A stretch of DNA of 64,000 nucleotides from the IMG/VR virus record IMGVR_UViG_3300036799_000060; one strand, 5' to 3'. How positions within the stretch are numbered: the first letter of the stretch is position 1; each line of letters opens with the position of its first letter. The DNA comes from a virus. The notes beneath the pieces were generated by a model. It was not told the DNA's origin and ran no database searches. It worked only from the letters and a program-made list of their open reading frames with translations. Made by a program: the position numbers and the translations under genes. Shown here piece by piece: positions 43,044 through 51,372 of the stretch.

Positions 43044-43381
43044 TGACTACCCCCGCACCGGTCACCGGCCCAGGCCGCTCCAGCATCACCCGGGAACTAC
43101 TCGACCAGCAGCTCGCCAACGTGGCGGCCGGGTTCAGGGAGTACCTGTCTGACGTGTCCCCGGCGGCGCGGCTGGCCGAGGCACTGGCGGGCATCAGCGC
43201 CGAGACGCTGACCGCCCCGGAGCCGGAAGGGTTCGGGTACACCGCCGACCAGGCATACGCCATCGGGCTGTTCGGGAACATGCTCGCCGCCGGGTACGGC
43301 TGGTGGCACGGGCAGGCCGCCGCCGCGCAGCCTAGCCCCACCCCGGCTGAGCATTCGGCCAAGTTCGTGCCGCTGGGCTGA
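43043..43381 (+). CDS. hypothetical tail-module protein (112 aa)
   Basis: ATG 43043 follows AGGAGG and overlaps the upstream stop. Confidence 0.55.
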   Translation: MTTPAPVTGPGRSSITRELLDQQLANVAAGFREYLSDVSPAARLAEALAGISAETLTAPEPEGFGYTADQAYAIGLFGNMLAAGYGWWHGQAAAAQPSPTPAEHSAKFVPLG

Positions 43382-43384
43382 CCC

Positions 43385-44542
43385 GTGCCGCAGACGACGC
43401 AGCTAGTCACATTCAACCCGCAGGGCTCCCCGGCGTCGGCGCGGTGGCTGTCCCAGCAGGGGTTCGTGTCGAACCTTGTCTACAGCTTCGCCAACCCGGG
43501 CGGGTGCGACACGCTCACGGCCAAGTTCATGAAGCCACCCAAGTGGCGGGGTGACGCGCTCCAGTCCGGGCGGCTGATCTTCGGGGTTCGCGGGGGCACG
43601 ATCGTCTGGTCGGGCATCCTGGACGAACCGATACCGAGTGACACCGACGGGTGGGACATCACCGCCCACGGGGCGGGCCAGTTCGGTAAGGACTACCTGG
43701 GCATCTACTCGGTGGCGTGGGGCACGGGCGTGTTCAACGACATCGTGGATCAGGCCATCGCCAGGGGCCTGGACTGGGTTCGCGGCCTGGACATCGGCGC
43801 GGTGGCGAACATCTTCACCGGGCAGCAGGTGGACTCCGGTACCGAGTTCATCCCGGATCTGCTGTCGCTCGGCTGTGAGAAGGGCGGCCTCACCTGGTCG
43901 GTGACGACCGGGGCAGGCGGGGCGAACACGCTGTCGGTGTATGCGCTGCCGACGGTGGCGAACCGCATCCTGATTTCGGGGCAGCCCGAGGCCCGGTCGA
44001 TCGGTGACGGCCCGTCCACCCTGTACGCCCGCTACCAGTCCGCTGCGGACACTACCAAGGCGCCTGCGGTGAACTCGCTCACCTCGGTCACTCAGTCGGC
44101 GGAGGAGACGGCGCATGGCCGCCGCGAGAACATCATGGACATCACCTCGGCCGGGACCTACACCTCGGGCCTGGCGCAGGGCGTCGCAAGCTCGGTGCTC
44201 CAGCGCTATCAGCGGGCCGCGTTCGCCGACGCGTTCCTTATCCAGCCGGGTGAGCTGCTGAGCCAGGGCGGCACGCCGCAGGATCTCGGGTTCTACCTGC
44301 CTGACGGGCTCACGTCGATGGTGTGTGAGTTGTGGCTGTCTGACTTCGGCTACGGCGGCGACGTGACACCGGGGCCGATGAAGTTCCTGGTCGGCAACTA
44401 CTCCTACGACCAGGACGCCAACACGGCGACGGCCATCCCGTTCGAGTCGGCGCTGCACGACTTCGCCTCCCTGATGCAGGGCGCGGTGGATTCCACACCG
44501 CCCCGGACACAGCCGATCAAGAAGAAGAAGAAGAGGAAATGA
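43385..44542 (+). CDS. minor tail protein (385 aa) with poly-Lys C-terminus
   Basis: Listed ORF in the tail block. Ends PIKKKKKRK, encoded by (AAG)5-AGG-AAA at 44519-44539. Confidence 0.6.
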   Translation: MPQTTQLVTFNPQGSPASARWLSQQGFVSNLVYSFANPGGCDTLTAKFMKPPKWRGDALQSGRLIFGVRGGTIVWSGILDEPIPSDTDGWDITAHGAGQFGKDYLGIYSVAWGTGVFNDIVDQAIARGLDWVRGLDIGAVANIFTGQQVDSGTEFIPDLLSLGCEKGGLTWSVTTGAGGANTLSVYALPTVANRILISGQPEARSIGDGPSTLYARYQSAADTTKAPAVNSLTSVTQSAEETAHGRRENIMDITSAGTYTSGLAQGVASSVLQRYQRAAFADAFLIQPGELLSQGGTPQDLGFYLPDGLTSMVCELWLSDFGYGGDVTPGPMKFLVGNYSYDQDANTATAIPFESALHDFASLMQGAVDSTPPRTQPIKKKKKRK

Positions 44543-44548
44543 GGGCGC

Positions 44549-45406
44549 ATGAGCCTGCTCGGTGCTGACTACGCGTTCTTCCCGCATCCGCCGATCGCCG
44601 CGCTGAAGGCCGCCGGGGTCAGGTTCGTGGTGCGGTACGTCTCGTCCCTGCCGGTGAACGACACCAACGGCAAGAACCTGCTCAGCGGCGAGTGCAAGGC
44701 CCTGCTCGCGGCCGGTATCGCGGTGTGTGTCGTCGCGGAGGAGGGCGCTTCGCGGATGCTCGGCGGCAAGTCCGCCGGGGTCGCGGATGCCAAGCACGCC
44801 GATCAGGTGACGACGGCGCTCGGCCTGAAGGGCATCCCGGTGTACTTCGCGTGTGACTTCGATGCCAGCGAGGCCAACCAGGGGCCGATCAATGCCTACC
44901 TGGACGGTGCCGCGTCGGTGGTCAGCCGTGGCCGGACCGGCCTGTACGGCGGCTACTGGCCGGTGTCGCGGGCGCTGGACGCGGGCAAGTGCGCCTACGC
45001 GTGGCAGACGCTCGCCTGGTCGGGTGGGCACTGGGATGCGCGCGCGAACATGCGCCAGTTCCTTGCCTTCACCGTCGGCGGCCTGGCGATCGACAAGGAC
45101 ACCACGGCCGCCGGGCACGCGGGGCTCGCCGATGACTTCGGCCAGTGGCCCCGGCCCAAGGTGGTGGAGCCGCCGGTCACGCCAGCTACCCCCACCAAGG
45201 TGTTCGCCAACGGCCATCAGTCGTGGCGGCAGCTCGCCCACGCCCACGGCACGACGGTCGACCGGGCGCTGTGGCTGACTGCCGTCAACCAGCCTGACGG
45301 GTACAGCCGCCCCCGTCAGGTCGCCTACATCCAGGCAGGCGACTGGAACGCGGTCATGCCAGGCCCGCACGGTACGACTGCGGGTATGGCGATGTGGGTT
45401 GGCTGA
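44549..45406 (+). CDS. endolysin, DUF1906/Rv2525c-like glycoside hydrolase domain plus C-terminal domain
   Basis: GADYAFFPHPPIAALKAAGVRFVVRYVS...PVYFACDFDA...GLYGGYW matches the TIM-barrel glycosidase-like DUF1906 pattern. It sits immediately upstream of the holin. Confidence 0.65.
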   Translation: MSLLGADYAFFPHPPIAALKAAGVRFVVRYVSSLPVNDTNGKNLLSGECKALLAAGIAVCVVAEEGASRMLGGKSAGVADAKHADQVTTALGLKGIPVYFACDFDASEANQGPINAYLDGAASVVSRGRTGLYGGYWPVSRALDAGKCAYAWQTLAWSGGHWDARANMRQFLAFTVGGLAIDKDTTAAGHAGLADDFGQWPRPKVVEPPVTPATPTKVFANGHQSWRQLAHAHGTTVDRALWLTAVNQPDGYSRPRQVAYIQAGDWNAVMPGPHGTTAGMAMWVG

Positions 45407-45416
45407 GGAGGCCAGC

Positions 45417-45662
45417 ATGTCGAACTATGCGATCAGCCTGATTCGGACCTGGGTTCCGGTGGGTGTCGGGGCCGTTGCCTCGTGGCTCGCCACCCGGGGC
45501 CTGAACCTGGACGACCAGACGCAGGCGGCCGTGACGGCGCTGTGCACGGCCGGGCTCACGGCGCTGTATTACGCGCTGGTGCGGCTGGCGGAGAAGAAGT
45601 GGCCGCAAGCTGGGATTCTGCTCGGGCACACGGCCAAGCCGGTCTACGCTAAGGCCGCATGA
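45417..45662 (+). CDS. holin (81 aa, 2 TM)
   Basis: ATG 45417. RTWVPVGVGAVASWLA and AVTALCTAGLTALYYALV helices with a basic tail LAEKKWPQAGILLGHTAKPVY, as in many actinophage holins. Adjacent to the lysin. Confidence 0.6.
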   Translation: MSNYAISLIRTWVPVGVGAVASWLATRGLNLDDQTQAAVTALCTAGLTALYYALVRLAEKKWPQAGILLGHTAKPVYAKAA

Positions 45663-45901
45663 TCACCGTGATAGTGGCTGGCGTGCTGCTGGCCGTCGGC
45701 GGGGTTGCAGCCCTGGTGGCGGTGTGGGCGGCGGGCAGGGCCGCTGAACAGGAATGGGTGCGGGTTGACCGGGCGTGGCGGCTGACGGGCGGGGATGTGG
45801 TGGATGCGGTGGCGGCGGAGGTTCGTTCCGAGGTGCGTCGGCGCTCCGACCGGCTCCGTATCCGCCCAGCTCAGAGGCCGTTTGGCCCTGTGCGGCCCTG
45901 A
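45659..45901 (+). CDS. membrane-anchored protein (80 aa), lysis-cassette accessory?
   Basis: ATGA overlap with the holin. N-terminal TM segment MITVIVAGVLLAVGGVAALVAVWAA. Confidence 0.5.
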   Translation: MITVIVAGVLLAVGGVAALVAVWAAGRAAEQEWVRVDRAWRLTGGDVVDAVAAEVRSEVRRRSDRLRIRPAQRPFGPVRP

Positions 45902-46027
45902 GAGCCACACAGACAGGTTGTACCCCCGTTTGCACACGATCACCTTAGGAGGGACCTAGGCGCCTGGGAGCGGCCAGCGTGGCCTGGCCTGCGTCAACTC
46001 CTGGGCACCGGCAAGTCAAGGACCGGA

Positions 46028-46067
46028 AAAGGCGGCCCGCTGGGGATCATCCTGGCGGGCCGCCTTT
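46028..46067. terminator. hairpin terminator at the end of the late operon
   Basis: 13-bp perfect stem AAAGGCGGCCCGC / GCGGGCCGCCTTT with a 14-nt loop. A/T runs flank the stem on both strands. Confidence 0.6.
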
Positions 46068-46171
46068 CGCATGTCCCCCCAACATGGAATGATCCGGGGT
46101 GACAACCACCCAAGCCGTCCGGGGCGGTCGTGTCGGCGGTGCTGCACAACAATTAGACGGGAGGGCATCAG

Positions 46172-46648
46172 ATGATCAGGAGATTGATCCTCGCCGCAGC
46201 CGCAGCGGCGGCACTGGTGGCGCCAGCCGCCATCGGTGCGACCTCGGCCAGCGCAACGGCGAGTGGCAGCATGTGCACGGCGTTCGGTGCAAACCTCTGC
46301 CTCGGGGTGGGCAACATCAGCCTCGGTGAGCAGATCACCAGCGTCCACGAGCCGGGCCGCACGATGTTCTGGGGAGGTGGCGGGGTCGGAACCATCAGCC
46401 AGATCTGCTTCAAGAACGCTCCGTCCCTGTGCATCGCGCCGAGCCAGAACAGCAACAACGTGAAAGTCGTGCTCGGCAATGCCTTCGGCACCAACTGGGA
46501 GAAGCTCCAGGGGCCGAACGGTTTCTACTGGTGGAACACCAGGACTGGTCTCTACCTGACCGATTTCGATTGCACCGGCTGCATCGTCGCTGTCGGCCCG
46601 CATCCGTTCCCGGGAGGTGGGGAGCAGCAGTGGCTCGGCCCGGCCTGA
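46172..46648 (+). CDS. secreted ricin-B/beta-trefoil lectin-like protein (158 aa)
   Basis: Signal peptide MIRRLILAAAAAAALVAPAAIGATSASA. Paired cysteines plus NWEK and QQW motifs resemble the (QxW)3 fold. Its GC content is lower than the flanks. Confidence 0.5.
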   Translation: MIRRLILAAAAAAALVAPAAIGATSASATASGSMCTAFGANLCLGVGNISLGEQITSVHEPGRTMFWGGGGVGTISQICFKNAPSLCIAPSQNSNNVKVVLGNAFGTNWEKLQGPNGFYWWNTRTGLYLTDFDCTGCIVAVGPHPFPGGGEQQWLGPA

Positions 46649-46670
46649 CGGGCTGACCCGGGGAACCACC

Positions 46671-46710
46671 GAGGCCCGGCCCACCCTGCCTTTAGGGGGT
46701 GCCGGGCCTC
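46671..46710 (+). terminator. hairpin terminator after the lectin-like gene
   Basis: GAGGCCCGGC...GCCGGGCCTC stem, extended by CACCC/GGGGT with one bulge, followed by TTCC. Confidence 0.5.
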
Positions 46711-46739
46711 TTCCCGTGGTCCGGGAAGCCTACCGCCAC

Positions 46740-46783
46740 GGCCGAGGCTCCGCCTCCCCCTGCTAGGAGACGGAGCCTCGGCC
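46740..46783 (-). terminator. hairpin terminator for the converging leftward operon
   Basis: 13-bp perfect stem GGCCGAGGCTCCG / CGGAGCCTCGGCC with an 18-nt loop, about 190 nt downstream of the stop at 46972. Confidence 0.5.
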
Positions 46784-46971
46784 CTTCCACTACCACACGC
46801 CCGCCACAGACGTGTACCCCCAAGATAGCAGGGGCAGCCGGTCTGTCTAGTCGCGTCTACCGGGGGAGCGGTAGCTGGCGCTGTGAGCGCAGCGGCACAG
46901 CGGCGTGCCGTCAAACAGGGCATGCCACAGCCACACCGGGAACAGTGGGCTAGTCCAGCCCAGCCACCGTT

Positions 46972-47601
46972 TCACGGGTGGGCTCGGCGTGAGGCGTCCG
47001 GCCAGGACCCCTCTTCGGCTTCCATCGCGGCCCTGGCCGCTGCCACGCTGATCATCATGCCGGGGAAGTCGTGCGGGGTGATGTCGGCCACGGTCAGCCT
47101 GCCGGGGAAGATCTGGTAGAGGTGCTGGTCGGCGCCTGAGCAGTAGCAGCAGTAGATCACCACGGTCTCTTCGCGCTTGCCGCCGAACTGCACCGCGCTG
47201 GTCGGCTGTGTCCACGAGTAGATCGGCCGGTAGAAGTGCCGGTGCTTGTGCGGCCGGTAGTCCCAGGCTGCCGCCGTCACGATGCGCACCGCATCCCACA
47301 CCTGGCCGGTGTGGTAGGTGAAGCCGTGCCACAGGCGGCGCAGCAGGTGACGTGGCGGGTCCTGGAACGGGCCGCGCTGAAGTTCTCTGATCGCCGTCTC
47401 GGTCGCTGCGGCCGGTGGCTGGAGGCCGGTGGCGGTGTCCCAGGTGCCGTCTGCCGCGCGGATGGGCTCGCCGATCTCCGCCGTCTCGGCCAGCAGGGCC
47501 GGGCAGTTCGGCGGGCAGCCCTCGGTGCCGCCCTTGCGCATGTCGTGTGGCATGTTCCAGTCGTGGTCTACGGCCTTCGGGTGGCCGTCGTCCAGTCCCA
47601 T
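46972..47601 (-). CDS. hypothetical protein (209 aa)
   Basis: Listed ORF with GC3 bias. His/Cys-containing (CPPNC, YCCYCSG). No domain recognised. Confidence 0.6.
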   Translation of the reverse strand: MGLDDGHPKAVDHDWNMPHDMRKGGTEGCPPNCPALLAETAEIGEPIRAADGTWDTATGLQPPAAATETAIRELQRGPFQDPPRHLLRRLWHGFTYHTGQVWDAVRIVTAAAWDYRPHKHRHFYRPIYSWTQPTSAVQFGGKREETVVIYCCYCSGADQHLYQIFPGRLTVADITPHDFPGMMISVAAARAAMEAEEGSWPDASRRAHP

Positions 47602-47623
47602 CGTGGATCACTCTCCTCCTGGG

Positions 47624-48130
47624 CTACAGCAGCCCATCTCGAACGGGCACATCCTCTTCCGCCCGGGGTTCGGGCGGGATCGGAAGCTCGGTGTAATCCT
47701 CGGCCGGAAGCTCACAGCCGCGCGGGCACGGTTCGGTGCCGCAGTCCCGCTCGTGGTCGACCCCTGCGGGGGCGTTCACGGTACCGCCACAGGTGCAGGC
47801 GTGCACATAGACGACCCCGGTGTCGTGGCAGCGGCAGCAGCGGGCGGTGCACCAGTGCATGCCCGCGAAGCTCACCCCGCCAGGCTGGTAGGCGGCGCAG
47901 GCGAGGCCGCGCGCCAGCCAGGTGAACGCGTCGGCGGAGCGGCCCGCCTTGGAGCGGAACATCAGGTCGTCGCCGTGCTCGGCGATGTACTGCCCAGCCT
48001 CGGCCGCCAGGGCCAGGCGGGCTGCCTCGGTCAGGGCGCGCACCTCGGCGATGGCGACGGGGACGGCGACGGCCAGCAGCCCTAGCGCGGGCTCACGTTC
48101 CAGCACCCCGGCCGGGTCAGTGGCGGGCAT
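47624..48130 (-). CDS. hypothetical Cys-rich protein (168 aa)
   Basis: Listed ORF with a WCTARCCRCHDTGVVYVHACTCGG cluster. Confidence 0.55.
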   Translation of the reverse strand: MPATDPAGVLEREPALGLLAVAVPVAIAEVRALTEAARLALAAEAGQYIAEHGDDLMFRSKAGRSADAFTWLARGLACAAYQPGGVSFAGMHWCTARCCRCHDTGVVYVHACTCGGTVNAPAGVDHERDCGTEPCPRGCELPAEDYTELPIPPEPRAEEDVPVRDGLL

Positions 48131-48236
48131 GGTTGTCTCCCGGGGCCTCGTTCCGCACTAGGCGCAGGTACCACAGCAGGGTGAACAAGTTCTCGTGCCG
48201 GGCTAGCCGGACGCGGATGCGCTCACGTAGGTTCAT
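48117..48236 (-). CDS. small hypothetical protein (39 aa)
   Basis: Unlisted ORF, product MNLRERIRVRLARHENLFTLLWYLRLVRNEAPGDNHARH. ATGA overlap with the upstream stop. High GC3. Confidence 0.35.
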   Translation of the reverse strand: MNLRERIRVRLARHENLFTLLWYLRLVRNEAPGDNHARH

Positions 48237-48817
48237 GGCGTTTCCACATCCTTATCCACGGCCTGTGGAGCGTAGGTGACCGCTGACGCGGCGGCCTCGC
48301 TGAGCATCTGGTCGGCGTCGGCGCACGCGTCGCACAGGCCGCCCTGAAGCAGGATCGGCCCCAACGGCAGCGACGCGCCGGGGAACCGGAACACGGCGGC
48401 GGGGATCTCCCCGGCTATGACGTGCATCTGCCCGTGGACGGTGACAGCGCGACACCGGTCGCACACGTCATCTTCGGGGGTGCCCAGCGTCGTCTCGGCC
48501 GCCGAGGCGGCGCAGTTGCGGCAGCCCAGTAGCTCGGGCGCGTAGCGCAGCCACACCATCGGCTGCGGGTGCGCCGTGTCCAGGTGCGGGCATGTCGTGG
48601 TGGTGCCGTCGCCGAGCCGTGCGGCGAGCATGTTCTGCCACTCGGCGAGGACACCCACGAGCGGGCCGGGTATTTCGTAGGCCCGGCCGCCGACACGGTG
48701 GCCGAGCCCGGTGAGGATCTGGCGGCCATCGGCGGCGGCTGCGGCAGCCCCAACGAGGGCGGACAGCGGGTGGCCGTCGGGCAGGCGTGTCCAGCCCGGC
48801 CCTGGTGGTGTGCTCAT
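48233..48817 (-). CDS. hypothetical protein (194 aa)
   Basis: Listed ORF with CPH...CRNC...CDRC...CDAC cysteine pairs. Confidence 0.55.
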   Translation of the reverse strand: MSTPPGPGWTRLPDGHPLSALVGAAAAAADGRQILTGLGHRVGGRAYEIPGPLVGVLAEWQNMLAARLGDGTTTTCPHLDTAHPQPMVWLRYAPELLGCRNCAASAAETTLGTPEDDVCDRCRAVTVHGQMHVIAGEIPAAVFRFPGASLPLGPILLQGGLCDACADADQMLSEAAASAVTYAPQAVDKDVETP

Positions 48818-49389
48818 CGTCTGCCTCTCTGCCTGTTCAGCCGCTCGGCTTCCCGTTCAGAGCAGGTGCGCGCGGCTGGCTTGGTCCGGTGGAGGTGCCC
48901 GCACGAGAGCGTGCCGCTGCCTCCGGTGATCTGGCCGGTGTAACGCTCGCTGCCGTACCCGGGCGGCCAGGACCCGACCGGTACGGCCGCCTCATGCAGC
49001 GTGGGGGCTACCCGAGCCGGTACAGCGCTTCGCCGCGTGGCGGCTGGTCGCGGAGCACGAGCAGTTGACTGTGCAGCAGCCGCAGGCCGTGCTCGGCGTC
49101 GGCGGGGCTGAGGTTGTGCATCCCGGCGGCGACCTGTGCGGCGCTGCGGCCGTGGCCGGGCGGGAAGGTTCTCAATTGGGACATCAGACGCGAGGCCAAG
49201 TCCGGCGGCACTGGCAGGTGGGCCATCTCTTCTCTCCAGGTCCCTCGCCCGGCGGGCAACCTGCCGGGTTTCCCCAACCACCGATACCCAGTAGCGGCGG
49301 TCCTCGGCGTGGGTGACGATGCCAGGCAGGCGGGCGCCATCCACCACGGCCCACACCAGTGGGTGCAAGGCTAGCTCCCGCGCCGTCAT
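48814..49389 (-). CDS. composite ORF: coding-looking ends (about 49230-49389 and 48814-48990) joined in frame through a non-coding-looking middle
   Basis: Listed 191-aa ORF. GC3 is high only at the two ends. The middle is Arg/Pro-rich and overlaps the better ORF 49008-49226 in another frame. Confidence 0.3.
   Translation of the reverse strand: MTARELALHPLVWAVVDGARLPGIVTHAEDRRYWVSVVGETRQVARRARDLERRDGPPASAAGLGLASDVPIENLPARPRPQRRTGRRRDAQPQPRRRRARPAAAAQSTARAPRPAATRRSAVPARVAPTLHEAAVPVGSWPPGYGSERYTGQITGGSGTLSCGHLHRTKPAARTCSEREAERLNRQRGRR
49008..49226 (-). CDS. small hypothetical protein (72 aa)
   Basis: ATG 49226 preceded by GGAGAG. Very high GC3. Product MAHLPVPPDLASRLMSQLRTFPPGHGRSAAQVAAGMHNLSPADAEHGLRLLHSQLLVLRDQPPRGEALYRLG. 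Confidence 0.45.
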   Translation of the reverse strand: MAHLPVPPDLASRLMSQLRTFPPGHGRSAAQVAAGMHNLSPADAEHGLRLLHSQLLVLRDQPPRGEALYRLG

Positions 49390-49619
49390 GGCAGATCATC
49401 CACGTAGGCGGCCTTAGTGCGCCACCGACGGCCGCACTCGCCGCACTTGGTCTCGGAATAGTCCGAGCGGGTGCGGTGGTAGCCATTGAACGCCGAGTGG
49501 TTGCACCGCCGCTGGGTGACGTACCAGCTAGCCCGGTGGCTGCGCATGCACTCCACCGTCCGCCCGTGATCCCGTTCCTGCCGGTGCTTCTCGGCCAGTT
49601 CCAGGCCGCGCTCGCTCAC
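49386..49619 (-). CDS. small zinc-ribbon-like protein (77 aa)
   Basis: Listed ORF with C..H...CNH...CGECG cysteines and histidines. Confidence 0.55.
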   Translation of the reverse strand: MSERGLELAEKHRQERDHGRTVECMRSHRASWYVTQRRCNHSAFNGYHRTRSDYSETKCGECGRRWRTKAAYVDDLP

Positions 49620-49792
49620 TGCCTATCCCAGAACGTCAGGCCGGTGATCTGCGCCGTGGCCGGTGCAGATGCCTTCGCCACCCGGCTGGCCTTGTCGGCG
49701 GTCTCCTCGGTGGTGGAGTCGCCGGGCACCACCATTGAGGCGCGCTCGGTCTTGGTGTAGGTGTACTCCACCACCACGACCTTGCCGCTCAT
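49616..49792 (-). CDS. small hypothetical protein (58 aa)
   Basis: ATG 49792 (MSGKVVVVEYTYTKTERASMVVPGD...) with ATGA overlap with the upstream gene. Confidence 0.5.
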   Translation of the reverse strand: MSGKVVVVEYTYTKTERASMVVPGDSTTEETADKASRVAKASAPATAQITGLTFWDRQ

Positions 49793-50172
49793 GACTCGCC
49801 TACCGTCACGTAGCCGGTGCCGCCGCAGGCGGTGCAGTTCAGGACGTACAGCGAGCCGGGGCCGCCGCACGTCGCGCAGTGCACCTCGGTGCCTTCGTCG
49901 GGGTCGTCGTCGGCCTGGTCAAGCCCAGCGGTGATGAACGCCCGCACGGCCGCCTCGGCCTCCACCACCCGCTCGAACGGGCCAGCGTAGCCGACGATCG
50001 GCCGCATCTGCCCGGACGGGTCGATGGCCGCCTTGTTGACCAGGGACAGGCCCTCGCTCGGCCACCACTGCACGAACAGGTTCTCGGTGTCCGGCAGCGG
50101 CCCCCACTCCTGCGCTCCCCACGCCAGCGGGCGCCGCTGCACCTTCGCGGCGATCTGCTCATTCTCCGTCAT
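49789..50172 (-). CDS. hypothetical protein with C-terminal DnaJ-type CxxCxGxG zinc finger (127 aa)
   Basis: HCATCGGPGSLYVLNCTACGGTGYV at the C-terminus. Confidence 0.55.
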   Translation of the reverse strand: MTENEQIAAKVQRRPLAWGAQEWGPLPDTENLFVQWWPSEGLSLVNKAAIDPSGQMRPIVGYAGPFERVVEAEAAVRAFITAGLDQADDDPDEGTEVHCATCGGPGSLYVLNCTACGGTGYVTVGES

Positions 50173-50600
50173 CGCTCCTCCTTGCGGGCCATCATCGCGG
50201 CCGTGGCGTAGGCGTCGCGCAGGCCCCGGGCGTAGAACGAGCCCTCGTTGTCGCCGCGCTGGGAACAGCGGGTGGCGTCGTCTGAGCCGTGCTGGGACAG
50301 GCCGTCCAGCCGCTCACTCAGGGGGGACTGGCCGCAGCGCGGGCAGGCGGTGCCGCTCGTGTGCGGGCGGAGTATGCAGCCGAACAGGGCCGCCGCTGCC
50401 GCCGCGTATTCGGAGTACAGCCGGGCGATTTCACCCTGCCCGCTGGCCTTGCACGCGTCGCGCAAGATGTCATGCAGGGTGCGGTGCCCGGGTGCGGGCG
50501 GGTTGGGGCACAGGGCGCACGCGTGGCCCTTGGGCGGGTTCTTGTGGAACTCGATAACGTCGCGGATCATCTGGTCCTGCTGGCTGGCCAGGGTGCTCAT
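50169..50600 (-). CDS. hypothetical Cys/His-rich protein (143 aa)
   Basis: Listed ORF with GC3 bias and overlapping start/stop with neighbours. Confidence 0.55.
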   Translation of the reverse strand: MSTLASQQDQMIRDVIEFHKNPPKGHACALCPNPPAPGHRTLHDILRDACKASGQGEIARLYSEYAAAAAALFGCILRPHTSGTACPRCGQSPLSERLDGLSQHGSDDATRCSQRGDNEGSFYARGLRDAYATAAMMARKEER

Positions 50601-51031
50601 GCCGCTACCTCCAGTAGCTCTCGTGTCAAGGTGGCCACCTCGTCACGCGCGGCCTCGGCCAGCAGGTAGACGCGGTGGCTCTCGGTGCCGCCCTCGGCGG
50701 CGTTGCACTCTGCCGCGTAGGCCACAGCCTCGGCGCGGCCGAACTGGCCGCCGTCGGCGCCACGGTGAACGGCCGAGCCGTCGCGGGTGTCGATCACCAC
50801 GTGGGTGGGCTGCTCGGCCAGGGAAGCGAAGTCCCACGCCTCCTGCTCGGCGAAGCTGGCTAGGTCGGCCGGGGTGGCGCAGTGCCAGGTGACCCCGGGC
50901 CGGTGCGCCTTCAGGTACCGGCGCGGCCCGAAGTGCTGCGCCGGGTCGCCTGGCCTGGTCGGGTTCGGGGTGCCGGACAGCACCACCTCATCCACGGTCC
51001 ACCCGCCGGGGGTGGCCCACCGGGCCGTCAC
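50597..51031 (-). CDS. hypothetical protein (144 aa)
   Basis: GTG 51031 forms a GTGA overlap with the upstream stop. Lies within listed ORF 50597-51103. Confidence 0.5.
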   Translation of the reverse strand: MTARWATPGGWTVDEVVLSGTPNPTRPGDPAQHFGPRRYLKAHRPGVTWHCATPADLASFAEQEAWDFASLAEQPTHVVIDTRDGSAVHRGADGGQFGRAEAVAYAAECNAAEGGTESHRVYLLAEAARDEVATLTRELLEVAA

Positions 51032-51372
51032 GGGCGCACCCCCTGCGGGTGGTCGGGGCAGCCGACCCGGTGGGCGCCCGCCTCGTTCTTCAGGCAGCCG
51101 CACGGCAGCAGGGCGCGGTGGACGTGCACGGCGAACTCCACATCGTGCCCGCAGTCGCGGCGGCGGATCTGGCGGCGGGTGGTCACGGTCACCTGGCAGC
51201 CGAGGCGGCGGCCCAGGTAGCCAGCCAGGCTGGCACCCACCTGGTAGGCGGGAGCCGACGGGAGCCGCAGCAGGAACAGGCCCTCACCGTCGGCGCGGAC
51301 AGCCAGCCGGACGGGCGCCGGGTACAGGGTGCGCATCGCGGCGGTGACATCGCGGGCGGTGATGGCGGCCAT
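51028..51372 (-). CDS. hypothetical protein (114 aa)
   Basis: ATG 51372 overlaps the upstream stop (TGATG). C-terminal CGH...H.H...CGC...H..CPDH cluster. Confidence 0.5.
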   Translation of the reverse strand: MAAITARDVTAAMRTLYPAPVRLAVRADGEGLFLLRLPSAPAYQVGASLAGYLGRRLGCQVTVTTRRQIRRRDCGHDVEFAVHVHRALLPCGCLKNEAGAHRVGCPDHPQGVRP

